DNA of 64,000 bases from Octopus sinensis (GCF_006345805.1 NC_043012.1:16678001-16742000), one strand, 5' to 3'. Shown: positions 12,274 through 27,515, counted from the stretch's first letter. A program made the numbers and translations. The notes: generated by a model not told the origin, from the letters alone.

Positions 12274-13427
12274 CGGGCGTCTTTCAGTTGGCCCAAGGCT
12301 ATAGCAGAAGACACTTGCCCAAGGTGCTCACAGTGGGACTGAACACAGAACCCAGTGGTTGGGATGCAAGATTCTTTCAACTCAGCTATGTGTGTGTGTG
12401 TGTATGTGTGTGTATGTGCATATATATACACATACATATATATATATGTATATATACACACAGATGGAGGAAGCAGGTGAAGGTGGGGGTATCGACACCT
12501 TTGAAAGAGCATGTATTCTGTTGTAATGAATAGGGAAAGCTTGGTCTGCAATGTTTGCAGTCGTGTATGCTTGTCAAGAGCAGGGCTCATTAGCCACCAA
12601 TGGAGCTGTAAATGCAAAATATAAGTCAGTCCTAGAGCACACAATGTTCCTAAAGGTCACCAATGGTCTTCCTCCGTCACGAGTGGACAGCCATCATATA
12701 TATAGTCTATTGTTCCATTAAGGTAAGATCAACAAAAATGTACTCCATCCAGTGAGAAGGAAATATCATTTAATGTCTGACTGGGCCTGACGAAGCCTTC
12801 CAGCTTCACAGACCCCAGTTGACCCGTCCAACCCATGCTAGCATGGAAAGCGGATGCTAAATGATGATGATGATGATGATGTACAGAATATAAAACTAAG
12901 ACGAGAATTACAAATAGTTTCTTCCTATCAAGACACAGGGCACGCCATAAAAGTCTGCCTTGCCAGGTGTCTTCTTAGCAAGAAACTATGAGTAGCTCTT
13001 TGTCTACTCTGACTTATTTTCAGTTCAACAAATGCAAAATAACTTTGTCATAAATGTTTTTTATTCCTTTTGTATCTGCTTATGCCTTGTGGCTGCTGGA
13101 GAGAGTTTTGTTGGTTCAATTGCTATACTGATGATGCCATTTGAGGTAGAAACACATGTTCATGAATATTTGCTTATCTCATGACAATAAGCCTTTTCCT
13201 TAATGGCATGTCAGCTTTGAAGAATTCTTGATTCTTAAAATTAGCTCCCCTTCTAATATAAAGCTGGTCCCAGTTGCCATGTAGGAGTAGTGTTGCATCC
13301 ACTAGAGGCAGGACAGTGATAATTTTAATAAATCAAAAATTTACCTTGTAAGGCATTTGATATACCTGTATATCTCCCTCTCTCTCTCTATCTCTCTTAC
13401 TCTCTTATATACGTATACATATATACA

Positions 13428-13655
13428 TTTCTTTACTACCCACAAGGGGCTAAACACAGAGGGGACAAACAAGGACAGACAAAGGGATTAAGTCAATTAT
13501 ATCGACCCATAGCGAAACTGGTACTTTACTTATCGACCCCGAGAGGATGAAAGACAAAGTCGACCCTGGCGGAATTTGAACTCAGAACGTAACAACAGAC
13601 GAAATACCGCTAAGCATTTCGTCCGGCGCGCTAACGTTTCTGCCAGCTCGCCGCC
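13428..13655 (-). mobile_element. tRNA-derived SINE family B. Other copies lie at about 23525-23750, 29448-29650, 29668-29885, 37870-38040, 50490-50720(+) and 60380-60695(-).
   Basis: Head ggcggcgagctggcagaa, B-box gagttcaaattcc, body gtcgactttgcctttcatcctttcggggtcgataaattaagtaccag; multiple copies in the window. Confidence 0.8.
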
Positions 13656-14131
13656 TGTGTACATATACATATATTCGTACACACACATACACAGACGCTC
13701 ACACACACACATATACATACATGTGTGTGTGTGTGTAAATGAATGTATGTATGTATATGTCTGTATATTTATACAAGCGGGTGCCGAAAAGTTCCTGGTT
13801 TTGGGTAAAAGAAAATACAGGAGGATCAGTTTATTATGGCTTCATCCTACATATCCCTCTCTCAGATTCAGGTTCTTATTTCATTGGTCCTTCAGTTTTT
13901 CTAAGCTCTGTAAAAGACCTCAGAGGTGGCGCATCAAATCAGGCCTTTCATGATACCTTTATATATCAGAAGTGTTGGTATCCAGAAGACCCAAGGTGGC
14001 AGGTAAAGCTATATAAGTGCTTTGGAAGGACCGTAGTTAAATTCTCGGAACAATAATATAAGCGAGGAGTCTAATATGGGTCTTGTATGAGCATGTATAT
14101 GTTAAATATGGCTTTGTTGTTTCATTTTATT

Positions 14132-14170
<39 letters not shown>

Positions 14171-14188
14171 AACACACACACACATACG

Positions 14189-14227
<39 letters not shown>

Positions 14228-14693
14228 ACATATATATCATGATGATGATCATCATCATCGTTTAACATCCGTTTTCCATGCTGGCATGATTTGGAAGATA
14301 TATATATATATATATATACATACGCACACACACATGTGTGTGTGTGTAGAAGCATGTGTATATATGCAAGTGTATACAAGCAGGAAAATATATAGAGTCA
14401 GAGGTTCTTTGAGTAATTTAGCAAAGTAGAAAGTAACTCCCTTCAGGCCCTGGAAGAGGAAATGGAAGAGGAAAAGGTTCAGTTGTAAGGGCATATTACT
14501 CTTTTTTTAATTTTTTTTTATTTGGAGAGGTGCACACCAGGTAGTCATAGACCCCTTTTGGGCTTGCTTTCTACACCTAACACTGATGTACTTGTTGCCT
14601 CCCACTTACCTCTTCTAAACCCAGAAATCTTGTGAAAGAATTTGGCAGACAGAAACTGAATGAAGCCCTTTGTGTGAGTGCATATATATATAT

Positions 14694-14694
<1 letters not shown>

Positions 14695-14725
<31 letters not shown>

Positions 14726-15220
14726 TGCCATTGTTTAACATCCGTTTTTCTGCTAGCATGGGTTGGATGGTTCAACCAGGGTCTGGGAAGCCAGGAGGCT
14801 GCACCAGGCTCCAGTCTGATCTGGCAGTGTTTCTACAGCTGAATGCCCTTCCTGATGCCAACCACTCTGTGAGTGTAGTGGGTGCTTTTTACATTCCACT
14901 GGCACAGGGGCCAGAGGAGGCTGGCAACAGCCACGATCAGTTGATGCTTTTTATGTGCCACCGGCACGGGTATCACAACTACAATTTCCATTTGATTTTT
15001 ATTTTGATGTTGATGTACTTGACTCAATAGGTCTCCTCAAGCGCAGCAGGTCGCCCCACGATCCAAGGTAGGCACAGCAGGCTGTTCTGTGATCCAAAGT
15101 ACTTTGAATGGGCTGGGACTGGTTGTGTGAAGCTGGTGTAGGATACAGCCATGAACTCGCTTTATTTGTCAGGTCTTCGCAATCACAGCATATCTCCAGA
15201 GGTCTCGGTCTTTTGTCAAT
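14695..15220 (-). mobile_element. 3' end/3'UTR of an RTE-like LINE, same family as 25005-26450
   Basis: Reverse-complement match to 26010-26450, including gagacctattgagtcaagtacatcaacatcaaaata and the (GAT)n tail. Confidence 0.8.
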
Positions 15221-15243
15221 ATGTATATATGTATATATATATG

Positions 15244-15283
<40 letters not shown>

Positions 15284-15704
15284 AAGGCACATGGCTTAAT
15301 GGTTAGGGTGTTGCACTCACAATTGCAAGATCATGGGTTTGATTCCCAGATCAGGTGTTGCATTGTGTTCTTGGGCAAAGTATTTCACTTTACATTACTA
15401 TCATTTTGTCATCTGACATGTGGCACATGGTGCACCTGTACAGGTAATGTTAATTTGATGGAGAGAGTGAGCTTATGTGTACACAAGCATTTGATCACAA
15501 CAAACAAATCATTGTGGTTGTTCGGCAAAAATTACCGAATCCTCATATGTCATCTAATGACAGGAGAGTCCAAGATATATATAATAACAAAGGGTGAAAT
15601 CAATTAATTAAGAAGTAATCAGTAATTTCCCCAAGTAGAATTCGGCATGAAAAGGACCATTTCATGGTAAGCTTAAGAAATACTTTATAAATAGGGTTCA
15701 GCAC

Positions 15705-15735
<31 letters not shown>

Positions 15736-15898
15736 AAATCAAAAAATAATTTTACCTTTGCCCATGTAATACAGTAAATGAATTAATTGCATCGCAATTC
15801 TTAACATTTATGTATTAATTTTGTTGGGTACTTCACTAGCAGTATATTGGATATATGTTATCCCATGGAGGGTTGAATTTGCAACCTCTATCTCAATT

Positions 15899-15937
<39 letters not shown>

Positions 15938-16787
15938 AAAAGAGTAAATCCAAAAAAAACGATGAACAAACACACACAAAAAAACAATGTAAGGATGTTG
16001 TACATGCAATGTATTAACAAACGCTCAAGGAAGAAAATAAAGATGGTTTAATGTTTTGAGTAAAGCTCATCTTCAGAAACAGAGAAAAGTTCAATAGAAA
16101 AGGAAGGTGGAGGAAGAAAATCACTAATGATTTACATGTTGTTGCATTTATATATAAATGTATGTATGTATATATGTAAAATACGTACATATATATATGT
16201 GTGTCTATTAAATAAAATGAGATGACAAAACCAAAGCTGTGTGGAATTTATAGGACTTTTATAAAGAGAAAAGTAGGCTTACAGCTGTTTCTGGGATATT
16301 AGGGATATCCATTCATTAGAGAGAAATGAGAGAGTTAAGACCTATCTTGGGTCTTCTGCATACCAATTCCTCTCATACATACATACATATATATTGCTCT
16401 CTTTTTTTTCTCTTTTATTGGTTTCAGTCGTTTGATTGCGGCCATGCTGGAGCACCGCCTTTACTCAAGCAAATCGACCCCGGGACTTATTCTTTGTAAG
16501 CCCAGTACTTATTCTATCGGTCGCTTTTGCCGAACCGCTAAGTGACAGGGACGTAAACACACCAGCATCGGCTGTCAAGCAATGCTAGGGGGACAAACAC
16601 AGACACACATACATATATATACATATGTACGACAGGCTTCTTTCAGTTTCCGTCTACCAAATCGACTCACAAGGCATTGGTCAGCCCGGGCTATAGCAGA
16701 AGACACTTGCCCAAGATGCCACGCAATGGACTGAACCCGGAACCATGTGGTTGGTTAGCAAGCTACTTACACACAGCCACTCCTGCA

Positions 16788-16887
<100 letters not shown>

Positions 16888-17323
16888 ATATTTATATATG
16901 TATGTATGTATGTATATATATATATCACGTGATCACGTGACTGACCAGACCATCAAATGTTGTGACACATCACTGGTCACAATGCGTTCGCATTGTTTTA
17001 GCCTTCGAATGACGCCACCCTGCTGGCTAAGCGAGCAGGCCAATATATATATATACATATACATATATATATTTGTCATGATACATCGCTAGCTACTAAA
17101 CCTTTTTTATTTTCTCTCTCTTCTTATTTCTGCATTCCTTTCTGTCGAAGAGCATAGTCTCGAAATGTAAAAGACTTTCCCACTTCCCGAGCGTTAAGCT
17201 AATACATCTGTTTGTTGTTTACACACCTGTCTTCATCTTTTGTTTTTTGGTAAATTCTCACTATACACACACACATATATGTGTGTGTTTGTGTGTGTGT
17301 ATTGCATGTATGTATATGTATGT

Positions 17324-17359
<36 letters not shown>

Positions 17360-17754
17360 ATGTGTGTATGGATGTGTGTGTATGTATATATATATAGTTC
17401 AAAATGTTGCAAAAAGCAAAAAGCAAAAGACAGAGATAGATGAGGAAACAACAGATACAGTGTGTTAGTTTAACACTATGGAAGAATGGAAGAAGTCTTT
17501 GAAATTTGGAGCCTAAGAAAAAATCTAAAGGAATATATATATATATATATATTCTTTTATACTCTTTTATTTGTTTCAGTCATTTGACTGTGGCTATGAT
17601 GGAGCACCACCTTTAGTTAAGCAAATCGACCCCAGGACTTATTCTTTGTAAGCCTAGTACTTATTCTGTCAGTCAAACTGCTAAGTTACGGGGACGTAAT
17701 CACACCAGCATCAGTTGTCAGCAATATTGGGGACACAATCACAGATACACAAAC

Positions 17755-17795
<41 letters not shown>

Positions 17796-18278
17796 CACAT
17801 ATATACGACTGCCTTCTTTCAGTTTCCATCTACCAAATCCACTCACAAGGCTTTGGTTGGTCCGAGACTATAGTGGAAGACACTTGCCCAAGGTGCCACG
17901 CAGTGGGACTGGACTTGGAACTATGTGGTTCATAAGCAAGCTACTTACCTCACAGCCACTCCTACACCTAACTACCACACAGCCAGGCCAGTCAAAGCCT
18001 TGTGAGTGTGTCTATTAGACAGAAATTGAAAGAGGCCCATCGTGTGTGTGTATGCATATATATACATATATATGTATATTTAATTAGAGTATATGTTAAC
18101 CTCGTGAAGGGATGGTTGCATTCAAGGAAATACTGGTTCAATACCTAGTGTTTTTAGGGAATAGAATTCCCTTAAAACAATAGGTATATATTAAACATAT
18201 AGTTTATATCCATTTAAGAGAAGAAAAGAAAAGAAAATGGAGATAAGGAAGTTAATAATTATTTATTATTAACGAATT

Positions 18279-18581
18279 TTGAGCTCCAACCAAAATGCAA
18301 ATATATGGGAAACTACCACCTGTGTCATCTCTTGTGAAAGGTAGGAGAGTCCAGTTTGCTGGACATTGTTGTAGAGCTGGAAAAGAAGTAATTTCTACTC
18401 TTCTCCTCTGGAAGCCATCTACTCGCAATACCAGAGGGCATACACTCTCCTACCCTGATGTAATCTCCAGGGATACAGGCATCCAGCAACAGGACCTCCA
18501 TAATGCCATGATGGACCGTGAAGTCTGGCGTAGCATGGTAAATTTCATTGTCTCGACCACGGTCAAACAATAATAATAATA
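18279..18581 (+). mobile_element. 5'-truncated RTE-like LINE 3' end with TSD
   Basis: ORF 18295-18573 (RRVQFAGHC..LLWKP..RG..DREVWR) resembles RTE ORF C-termini; (TAA)n tail; 11-bp TSD attaacgaatt at 18268-18278 and 18582-18592. Confidence 0.8.
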
Positions 18582-19114
18582 ATTAACGAATTGGTCATTT
18601 TCGCTTCTTACAGCTGTTTCAATTAATACTCAATAATTTAATTACAAATTTGTACATTAAATTTTACACTTATATGAGATGAGTATAATTACATCAGAGG
18701 AAAAAGGATGTACCTTTTTTGATGTTACATGTAGGCTTATCAGTTCATTTCAGCAGATCTAACTTTGAGTCTGCTGAAATGAATATATATATATACACAT
18801 ATATAAATATAATGTATGTGTAAGCAGGTGTGAGTGTGTATATGTCTGTGTGTCCTTATCTTGAAATTGCATGATTGTTGTGATTGTCCCCATCATACAA
18901 GCAGTGTCATTCATTTCCGGTATTGTATAAGAACATGTCTGGTCATGAGGAGATATCACCTTGCTTAGCAAAATAGACAAGGGTTGGCAACAGGAAAGGC
19001 ATGCTTTCTGCAGCCAGATACCCATGCCACTCCTGTTGCCGACCCTCATCTGTTGAAAATATCTCAATAATCTCTATCCAACCCATGCAAGCATGGGAAA
19101 GTGGATGTGAAAAG

Positions 19115-19155
19115 GATGATGACAATGATGATGATGACGATGATGATGATGATGG

Positions 19156-19214
<59 letters not shown>

Positions 19215-19239
19215 GTGATGGTGGTGGTGGTGGTGGCGG

Positions 19240-19298
<59 letters not shown>

Positions 19299-19405
19299 TG
19301 GTGATGGTGGTGGTGGCAGTGGCGGTGATGATGATGATGATGAATGATGATGATATGATGATGATGATGATGATAATGGTGGTGGTGGTGATGATGATGA
19401 TGATT
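19115..19405. repeat. Long (GAT/GGT)n microsatellite, an expanded tail of an RTE-derived element
   Basis: Direct reading; it follows ccaacccatgcaagcatgggaaagtggatgtg. Confidence 0.9.
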
Positions 19406-20839
19406 ATATATGCATCCATGCACACACACACACACATACACACACACACACACACAAATATAACACTTTCTAAACATCTAAGCATACATTTACAGCAAAG
19501 AGCTATCGTCGCAACATGTCATTAAATTTCACAAATAAAAAAAAAACTTTTAAAAATAAGAAGATTAGGAACATAAGCTTTAACTGATAGCAAAAGACAC
19601 ACCGGAAATTAACATCCAGATATAGCAGACTTGTGAAAAAAAAACCAAAAAAAAAACTAGAAACATTTACTGATTGCTGAAAGAGACTTTGAGATAAGAA
19701 CAAAAATTTTAAATCGAGTGATGACAAAATCATCCATGATAAATAACATTATTCTCTCGGAACAAAAACAATGGCAGGCAACTGGGCTCATAACAAAAAT
19801 CTGAGTTCACATTGTTTTCTTTCTATAATTGCCACAAGCCTGAAACTTTGTGGGGAGGGAGCTTGTTGATTAAGTCAACCCCAGTATTCAACTGGTACTT
19901 ATTTATTTCTTTATTGCCCACATGGGGCTAAACGTAAATGTATGTATATATGTATGCGTATGTATGTGTGTGAGTTGTCTAAGGGACCAAAAATCAGGGA
20001 GGGCAAAGATGCACTCATATAACTGTTGCCAAATTCCCTTCCAGATCAGCTAACTCTGATGAGTATAAGGTTATATAATAGGATTGTTACTTAACACTCC
20101 ATTGTATTGGCTGTACAAAACCAGTTGGTAAAATCAACCATCATGGATATATAATATGGTACATTTCGGATAATATATACATAAATATATATATATCAGT
20201 TGAGGTGTATTCTGTTAGAAATGTGTTAGAGTTCAAAATGAGAAAGGGATTAAGTCGATTGGTACTTATTTATCAACCTGCAACTGGTACTTATTTATCG
20301 ACCCTGGAAGCATAAAAGCAAAGTCAACCTCATGGCATTTGAATTCAGAATATAAAGCCAGAAAAAAATACTGCTATCCAGCATGGTGAAGATTCTGGCA
20401 GCTTACCATTCCATAAACTGGGATCATGATATAATATCAGTTGATAAAGGGCTGAGAATCTCTTGAAAAAGTTTATGAAATTAGGAAATTTATTGTTTCA
20501 AACTAAACAGTAAGGGCTTATAAGACCTAAAACAGAGATGATATATAGGCATAGGTGTGGCTGTGTGGTAAGAAACTTGTTTCGCAACCACATGGTTCCG
20601 GGTTCAGTCCCACCACGGCACCTTGGGCAAGTATCTTCTGCTATAGCCTTGGGCCAACCAAAGCCTTCTGAGTGGACTTGATGGACAGAACCTGAAAGAA
20701 GCTCGATGTATACATACATACAGCAGACAGATAGATAGATAGATAGATAGATATATAGATAATAGATTAGATAGATATAGATATAGATACATTATAATAT
20801 GCATACATATATATATACATAATATATATACATACATAT

Positions 20840-20910
<71 letters not shown>

Positions 20911-22671
20911 GTTAATCCAAACATGAAAACACAAGAGAAAACACAACAATGTGAGGACGTGGAACAAGTATATATTATTGGACGCTCAGGAAAGAAGGAA
21001 AGAAGGAGGGTTTTTAATGTTTCGAGTGGGATCTCTTGTCAGAAACATAGGAAAAGGCAAGGTCCAAGGAAGGGAAGACAATGGAAAAAAAATGCGCCAA
21101 TGGTACACACGTTGTCATACATTATATATATATATATAGTGAGATTACAAAAAAAAACAAAAATACAAAAGACGAAGACTGGTGTGTAAACAACAAACAG
21201 ATGTATTAATTTAACTTTCGGGAAGTGAGAAAGTCTTTTACGTTTCGAGCCTACGCTCTTCAACAGAAAGGAATACAGAAATAAACTGGGAGAGAAAATA
21301 GAAAAAGGTTTAGTGGCTAGCGATCTATCATGGCGAATATATATATATATATATACACAGTGGAACCATGGTCTATGAATTTCATTCTTTCCTAAAGGCT
21401 GTTTGCCATCCAAAAGGTTCATAAACTGAAACTATTTTTCACACTTTGGGTAAATTCAAAAGAATGCACAATGAATTCAAGCTGAAATGTGCACTGAGAA
21501 AAAGCCAGACAGTAACTAATGCTCTCCTCTTAATACCCCCAGTTCATCACTGACTGTTATTGCCAGCTTGCATGTCCATTACTTGAGACATTGTTCATCA
21601 CCCGCGATGTTTCATCTTAAAAAAATTGTTCGTAAACTGATTTCTTTATTATGAGAGGTGTTTGAAAACTGAGGTTCCACTGCATACACACACACACACA
21701 CACACGCACACTCACACACTTATATACATACACATGTATATGAGAGGCTTCTTTCTGTTCCCTTCTACTAAGTTTACTCATGGGGCTTTGATCAACTGCG
21801 GCTATAACAGATGACACATTGTCCAAATTGGGAGCCATGCAGTGAGACTGAACTCCAAGCCACATACTTGGGAGGTGAACTTCTTAACCAGACAGCCGTG
21901 TTGGTTCCTAGATGTATTCATGAAATAAGCAATGCTGTACGTGATTATCATTTATCAGCATAAATATAGATATGACGTCGTTAGGCTATGTTCAACCGTG
22001 ATACACGACCAAATGACTGAATCAGTCCAGAGGGTCACTATCACAGTCAACCTCCTCCAAGCACTTAATAACTTTAGATAACCTCATTCATTGTGATGTT
22101 ACATATTGTTATCTAAAAGGTGTGTGATTTTATTATAGAAATTATGAAATAGGTTTAAATTAAGCAACTTTATTGATCAGAATGCAAGATATACTTACCT
22201 TAAATTCTGTTGAAAAGCAGTAGTGAGAAATAGGACAGATGAGAACTCTGTCTTGGATATGAAATGCTTTGACCCAGCCATTTTGGTCCTGCTTATTTAG
22301 CACTGGTGTTCGATGCTGACTTATTTGACATCAGACATTTTAATGTTTCTCTCGTCCTCTCTCTCTCTCTCTCTCCCTCCCATCCCTCACACTGTTTATG
22401 TGTGTGGGTAGGTTTCCCTTTTATGTGTATGAGGAAAGGGAAATGTTTATGTCTGTCTACAGTTAATAAATTGTAACATCCACTCTGGTGGGTGGTTGGT
22501 GTTAGGAAGGGCATCCAGCTGTAAAAATCATGCCAAGACAAGACACAGAAGTCTGGTGCAGTCTCCTGCCTTGCCAGCCCCTGTCAAACCGTTCAACCCA
22601 AGGCAAACGTTAAACAATGATGACGATGATAGTGGTCGTTTTCTCCTTCACTCTATTTCTTTCTCTCCTAG

Positions 22672-22710
<39 letters not shown>

Positions 22711-23109
22711 GTGTGTGTATATTTCTGCGTGTGCATATGTGTGTGTTTGCCTCCAGTGCCAAAAAGAACTGCCCTGCCACCAAAACTGGCTGAACGTCCA
22801 GTCATCTGCACCAAATCATCTAATTGTAATCTGGGACAACGGACTAAACTGTGATTCTTCCTCTCAAATTAGTTGATGTTTTAGAGTCATTTTGTCTGTC
22901 TTAACATTCTGAGTTCAAATTCCACCAATGGCAACTTTACCTTTCATCCTTTTCTGGTCAATAAGAACCAGGTGAGCTCTGCAGTCGGTGCAATCAACTC
23001 AAACTCTACCCTAAAATTATTATTGCTGTTGTTGTTGTTGTTATTTTGGTTTGACTCAGGTTCTGTCTTATTACTGGTAGGATTTGTGTGGGTAGCAGAT
23101 TACTACCTG

Positions 23110-23400
23110 TAACCTTAAGATTCTACAACTCTTCCGCAGTCTTTCAAGTGCATAGAACCCTCTTAATAATCCTTGCTGTCCCTAAGAGACAAACTTTCTG
23201 TAGGAGCTTTGCTGGGCATTTCTATTTCTAGGAGCTCTACCGGTCATTCTGTTTCAATCTCCTTCGACAATTTGTCTATATTTTTGCTAATTTTTCCCAA
23301 CACACCAATTACTATAGACATGGCCATTACTGTTTGCATGCTGCAAAATTCTTCTTATTTCATATTTTAAAGGATTGTATTTATTTTTCTACCACTTTCT
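23110..23400 (-). mobile_element. Degenerate 3' end of an R4/Dong-like RLE non-LTR retrotransposon
   Basis: The reverse strand reads IVIGVLGKISKNIDKLSKEIETE*PVELL, which resembles the C-terminus at 62720-62870. Confidence 0.5.
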
Positions 23401-24001
23401 TTATGATCTTGGAATTAAATGGTCACGAGGAATCGATGAGGAAGTAACTTTGCTTTTCCTTAAATTCTTCTTCTTATTATTATTATTACCATCATCATCA
23501 TCATCATCGTTATTATTATTATGAAGGTGGTTGGTCGGTAGAATCGGCAGCACACTGGACTAAGTGCTTAGTGGTATTTCATTTGCCACTACATTCTGAG
23601 TTCAAATTCCACCACCAATGTTGACTTTGTCTTTCATCCTTTCAGGGTCAATAAATTAAGGTACCAGTTGAGTACTGGGGTTGATGTAATTGGTTTAACT
23701 CCGCCCCCGCAAATTTCAGGCTTTGTGCCTGTAGTAGAAAGGATTATTATTATTTTTATTATTATTCTATGTTTGACTTTTGCTTTATATTTGTACAAGT
23801 TGGCTCCAAGTCTCACCCAGAAACCTCAAGAGACAACAGGTTGGAAGTTCATGTTGTTGTTATGCGTAGTGTGCCATATATTTGTTTTTTTTTTTTTTGG
23901 TGTTGTACTAGTGAATGTCTAAAAAAAAAAAAAACCAAAAAATTATGTTTGTTTTAAACCTTGAGATTACATAGAAATTATTATTATTATTACCATTATC
24001 A

Positions 24002-24050
<49 letters not shown>

Positions 24051-24153
24051 GGTGTTGGACAGGCAGAATCATTCTTCTTTTTCTTCTTCTTCTTCTTCTT
24101 CTTCTTCTTCTTCTTCTTCTTCTTCTCCTCCTTCTTCTTCTTCTTCTTCTTCT

Positions 24154-24184
<31 letters not shown>

Positions 24185-25004
24185 TTATTATTATTATTAT
24201 TATTATTACCACTCAGTTTATTTTGATAATCTTTGAGAATTGTCATTTATTTATTTATGTATTTATTTATTTCCTCCAGATAACGACTCATCCCCCACCA
24301 ACTCCACCTTTTGCACTAATCTAACACACACTCATGGCTGTTAGTTTATACAGATGTGTGTGTGTGTGTGTGTGAGTGTGTGAGTGTGTGTGTGTGTATG
24401 TGTGTATATATATCTGTATCTTTGTCTCAATTATACTGGGGGGATGGGGAAAAGGAAATTAGAGAGTAATTTTTCTCATTTCTTGTTTTGGGTTTTTTTT
24501 TGTTTTATTTTTTTAGTTCTTATTTCTTCACCTACAGACAATGAACTGCACCAACTTACCTTTTACAATATAACAAGACAATCATTAATCACCTGTTTAA
24601 AATCTTTGTTTTTTTTTTTTTTTTTTTTTAAATGTGTGATGTCTTCTACAGCCCTGCCTAGAGAAGCACAGGCAACAGATACAAACAACTGCCCCCCCCA
24701 CTTCCCCACCCCACCTGCATAGTAGTTTGGTGGGATTAAATTGAATGAAAAAAGTCTTGACTTCTTTATTTCTTCTTTCTTTCATAAGTTATTTTCTTTC
24801 CGATTTTTCTTAGTTCTTTTCTTTAATCCCTCATTCATTCATTTTCCTTTTTTTCAGGTTTTTTTCTTTCACTTATTTTTCTTACTTTGAACCTTTTTCT
24901 TTTCTTCTTTCTTTCTAGCTTACTTCATTGCTTCCTTTCTTTCATTCTTTCTTCCAATAACTTTAACAGGTAAAAGATGAAAGGTAAAATAAATATATGA
25001 AGAA

Positions 25005-26450
25005 TTCCGGGTAGAAGTAGGGGTCCACCAAGGTTCAGCCCTCAGTACCCTTTTATTCATCATAGTCATCCAGGCAATAACAGAGGAATTCAAGACAAGT
25101 TCCCTTGGGAGCTCCTCTATGCCGATGACCTGGCCCTCATAGCAGAATCACTACCGGAACTAGAAAAGAAATTTTGGGTGTGGAAGCTAGGTTTAGAATC
25201 AAAAGGCCTTAGAGTCAATGTAGCAAAGACCAAAGTTCTAGTAAGTAGGAAGGCGAACTCATCACACACCCCCTAAGGTAGGTGGCCCTGCTCGATCTGT
25301 AGAAAAGGTGTAGGTAGAAACTCCATAAGATGTACCCAGTGTAAGCTATGGACGCATAAAAGGTGCAGTAACATCAAAGGAAAAATTAACCGAGAAGATA
25401 GCTTTCATGTGTGGCAGTTGCACAGGGGCAATAGTCACCACAGATACTCAGAAAACAGATTCCATCACACTCCAGGGGGAGAAACTAGAAGTAGTTGATA
25501 GTTTCTGCTATCTAGGTGACCAAGTTAGTAGTGGAGGTGGATGCTCAGAGAGTGTCACCACTAGAATACGAACAGCCTGGGCAGAGTTTAGAAAGCTTCT
25601 ACCCCTACTGGTGACAAAGGGTCTCTCGCTCAGAGTGAAAGGTAGATTGTACGACGCATGTGTATGAACTGCCATGCTTCACGGTAGTGAAACATGGGCT
25701 GTGTCTGCAGAGGACATGCATAGGCTTGAAAGAAATGAAGCTAGCATGATCCGCTGGATGTGTAATGTCAGTGTGCACACACGACAGAGTGTAAGTGCTC
25801 TGAGAGAAATGTTGGACATAAGAAGCATTGGATGTGGTGTGCAAGAGAAACGTTTGCACTAGTATGGTTATGTACAAAGGATGGATGAGGAGAGATGTGT
25901 GAAGAAGAGCCACTCCCAAACAGTTGAAGGAATCCAGGGGAGAGGTAGACCCAGGAAGACATGGGATGAGGTGGTCAAGCATGACATTAGGTCTCACAGA
26001 GGCAATGACGAAAGACAGAGATCTCTGGAGATATGCTGTGACTGCGAAGACCCGACAAATAAAGTGAGTTCATGGCTGTTTCCCGCACCAGTTTCGCATA
26101 GCAGCCCCAGCCCATCCAAAGTACCTTGGATTGCAGAACGACCTGCTGTGCTTACCTTGGATCGTAGGGTGACCTGCTGTGCTTGAGGAGACCTATTGAG
26201 TCAAGTACATCAACATCAAAATAAATATCAAATGGAAATTATAGTCATGTTACCTGTGCTGGTGGCACGTAAAAAGCACCCACTGCACTCACAGAGTGGT
26301 TGGCGTTAGGAAGGGCATCTAGCTGTAGAAACACTATCAGATCAGACTGGAGCCTGGTGCAGCCTTCTGGCTTCCCAGACCCCAGTCGAACTATCCAACC
26401 CGTGCTAGCACAGAAAACGGATGTTAAACCATTATGATGATGATGATATA
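25005..26450 (+). mobile_element. 5'-truncated RTE-clade LINE: RT C-half, Cys/His finger, C-terminus, 3'UTR and (GAT)n tail; disrupted
   Basis: GVHQGSALS, LLYADDLAL, GLRVNVAKTKV, CSIC..C..C..H..C..C..C finger, LEVVDSFCYLGD, LHGSETW and GRGRPRKTW; in-frame stops and frameshifts. Confidence 0.9.
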
Positions 26451-26476
26451 TATATGTGTGTGTATGTATGTATATA

Positions 26477-26566
<90 letters not shown>

Positions 26567-26577
26567 CATATACATAT

Positions 26578-26991
26578 ATACATACCAAATCCACTCACAA
26601 GGCATTGGTTGGCCTGGAGTTATTGTAGAAAATACTTGCTCAAGGTGTTGCATAGTAGGACTGAACCAAGACCTCATAAATCCAAAGCAAGTTTCTTAAC
26701 TGCAAACCCATGCCTCTGTGTGTATGTATGTGAGTGTGCATGTGTGTGTGTGCATGTGTGTGCATGTATGTGTGTTATACATATATATATATACATATAG
26801 GCAAACATTTAATCATACATACACATATCCACATCTACTCACACATTTTTACAAATGTGTGCATGTATATATAAGGATACATACACATGCATACACACAT
26901 GCATATACCGATGCATACACACACATGTACATACACACATACATACATACACACAGATATTTATAAGTACACCTATGTATATATATATATA

Positions 26992-27042
<51 letters not shown>

Positions 27043-27471
27043 ATATATATATTATATATATATACATATACATATATACATACCAAATCCACTCACAAGG
27101 CATTGGTTGGCCTGGAGTTATTGTAGAAAATACTTGCTCAAGGTGTTGCATAGTAGGACTGAACCCAAGACCTCATAAATCCAAAGCAAGTTTCTTAACT
27201 GCAAACCCATGCCTCTGTGTGTATGTATGTGAGTGTGCATGTGTGTGTGTGCATGTGTGTGCATGTATGTGTGTATACATATATATATATACATATAGGC
27301 AAACATTTAATCATACATACACATATCCACATCTACTCACACATTTTTACAAATGTGTGCATGTATATATAAGGATACATACACATGCATACACACATGC
27401 ATATACCGATGCATACACACACATGTACATACACACATACATACATACACACAGATATTTATAAGTACACC

Positions 27472-27510
<39 letters not shown>
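26578..27510. repeat. Tandem direct duplication, ~498-bp unit, near-identical
   Basis: ccaaatccactcacaaggcattggttggcctggag begins at both 26585 and 27083, and the downstream sequence is repeated almost exactly. Confidence 0.9.

Positions 27511-27515
<5 letters not shown>

Noticed and set aside
18943-19525. Poly-Asp/Ser/Met/His ORFs
   Set aside because: An expanded (GAT)n LINE tail; not coding.
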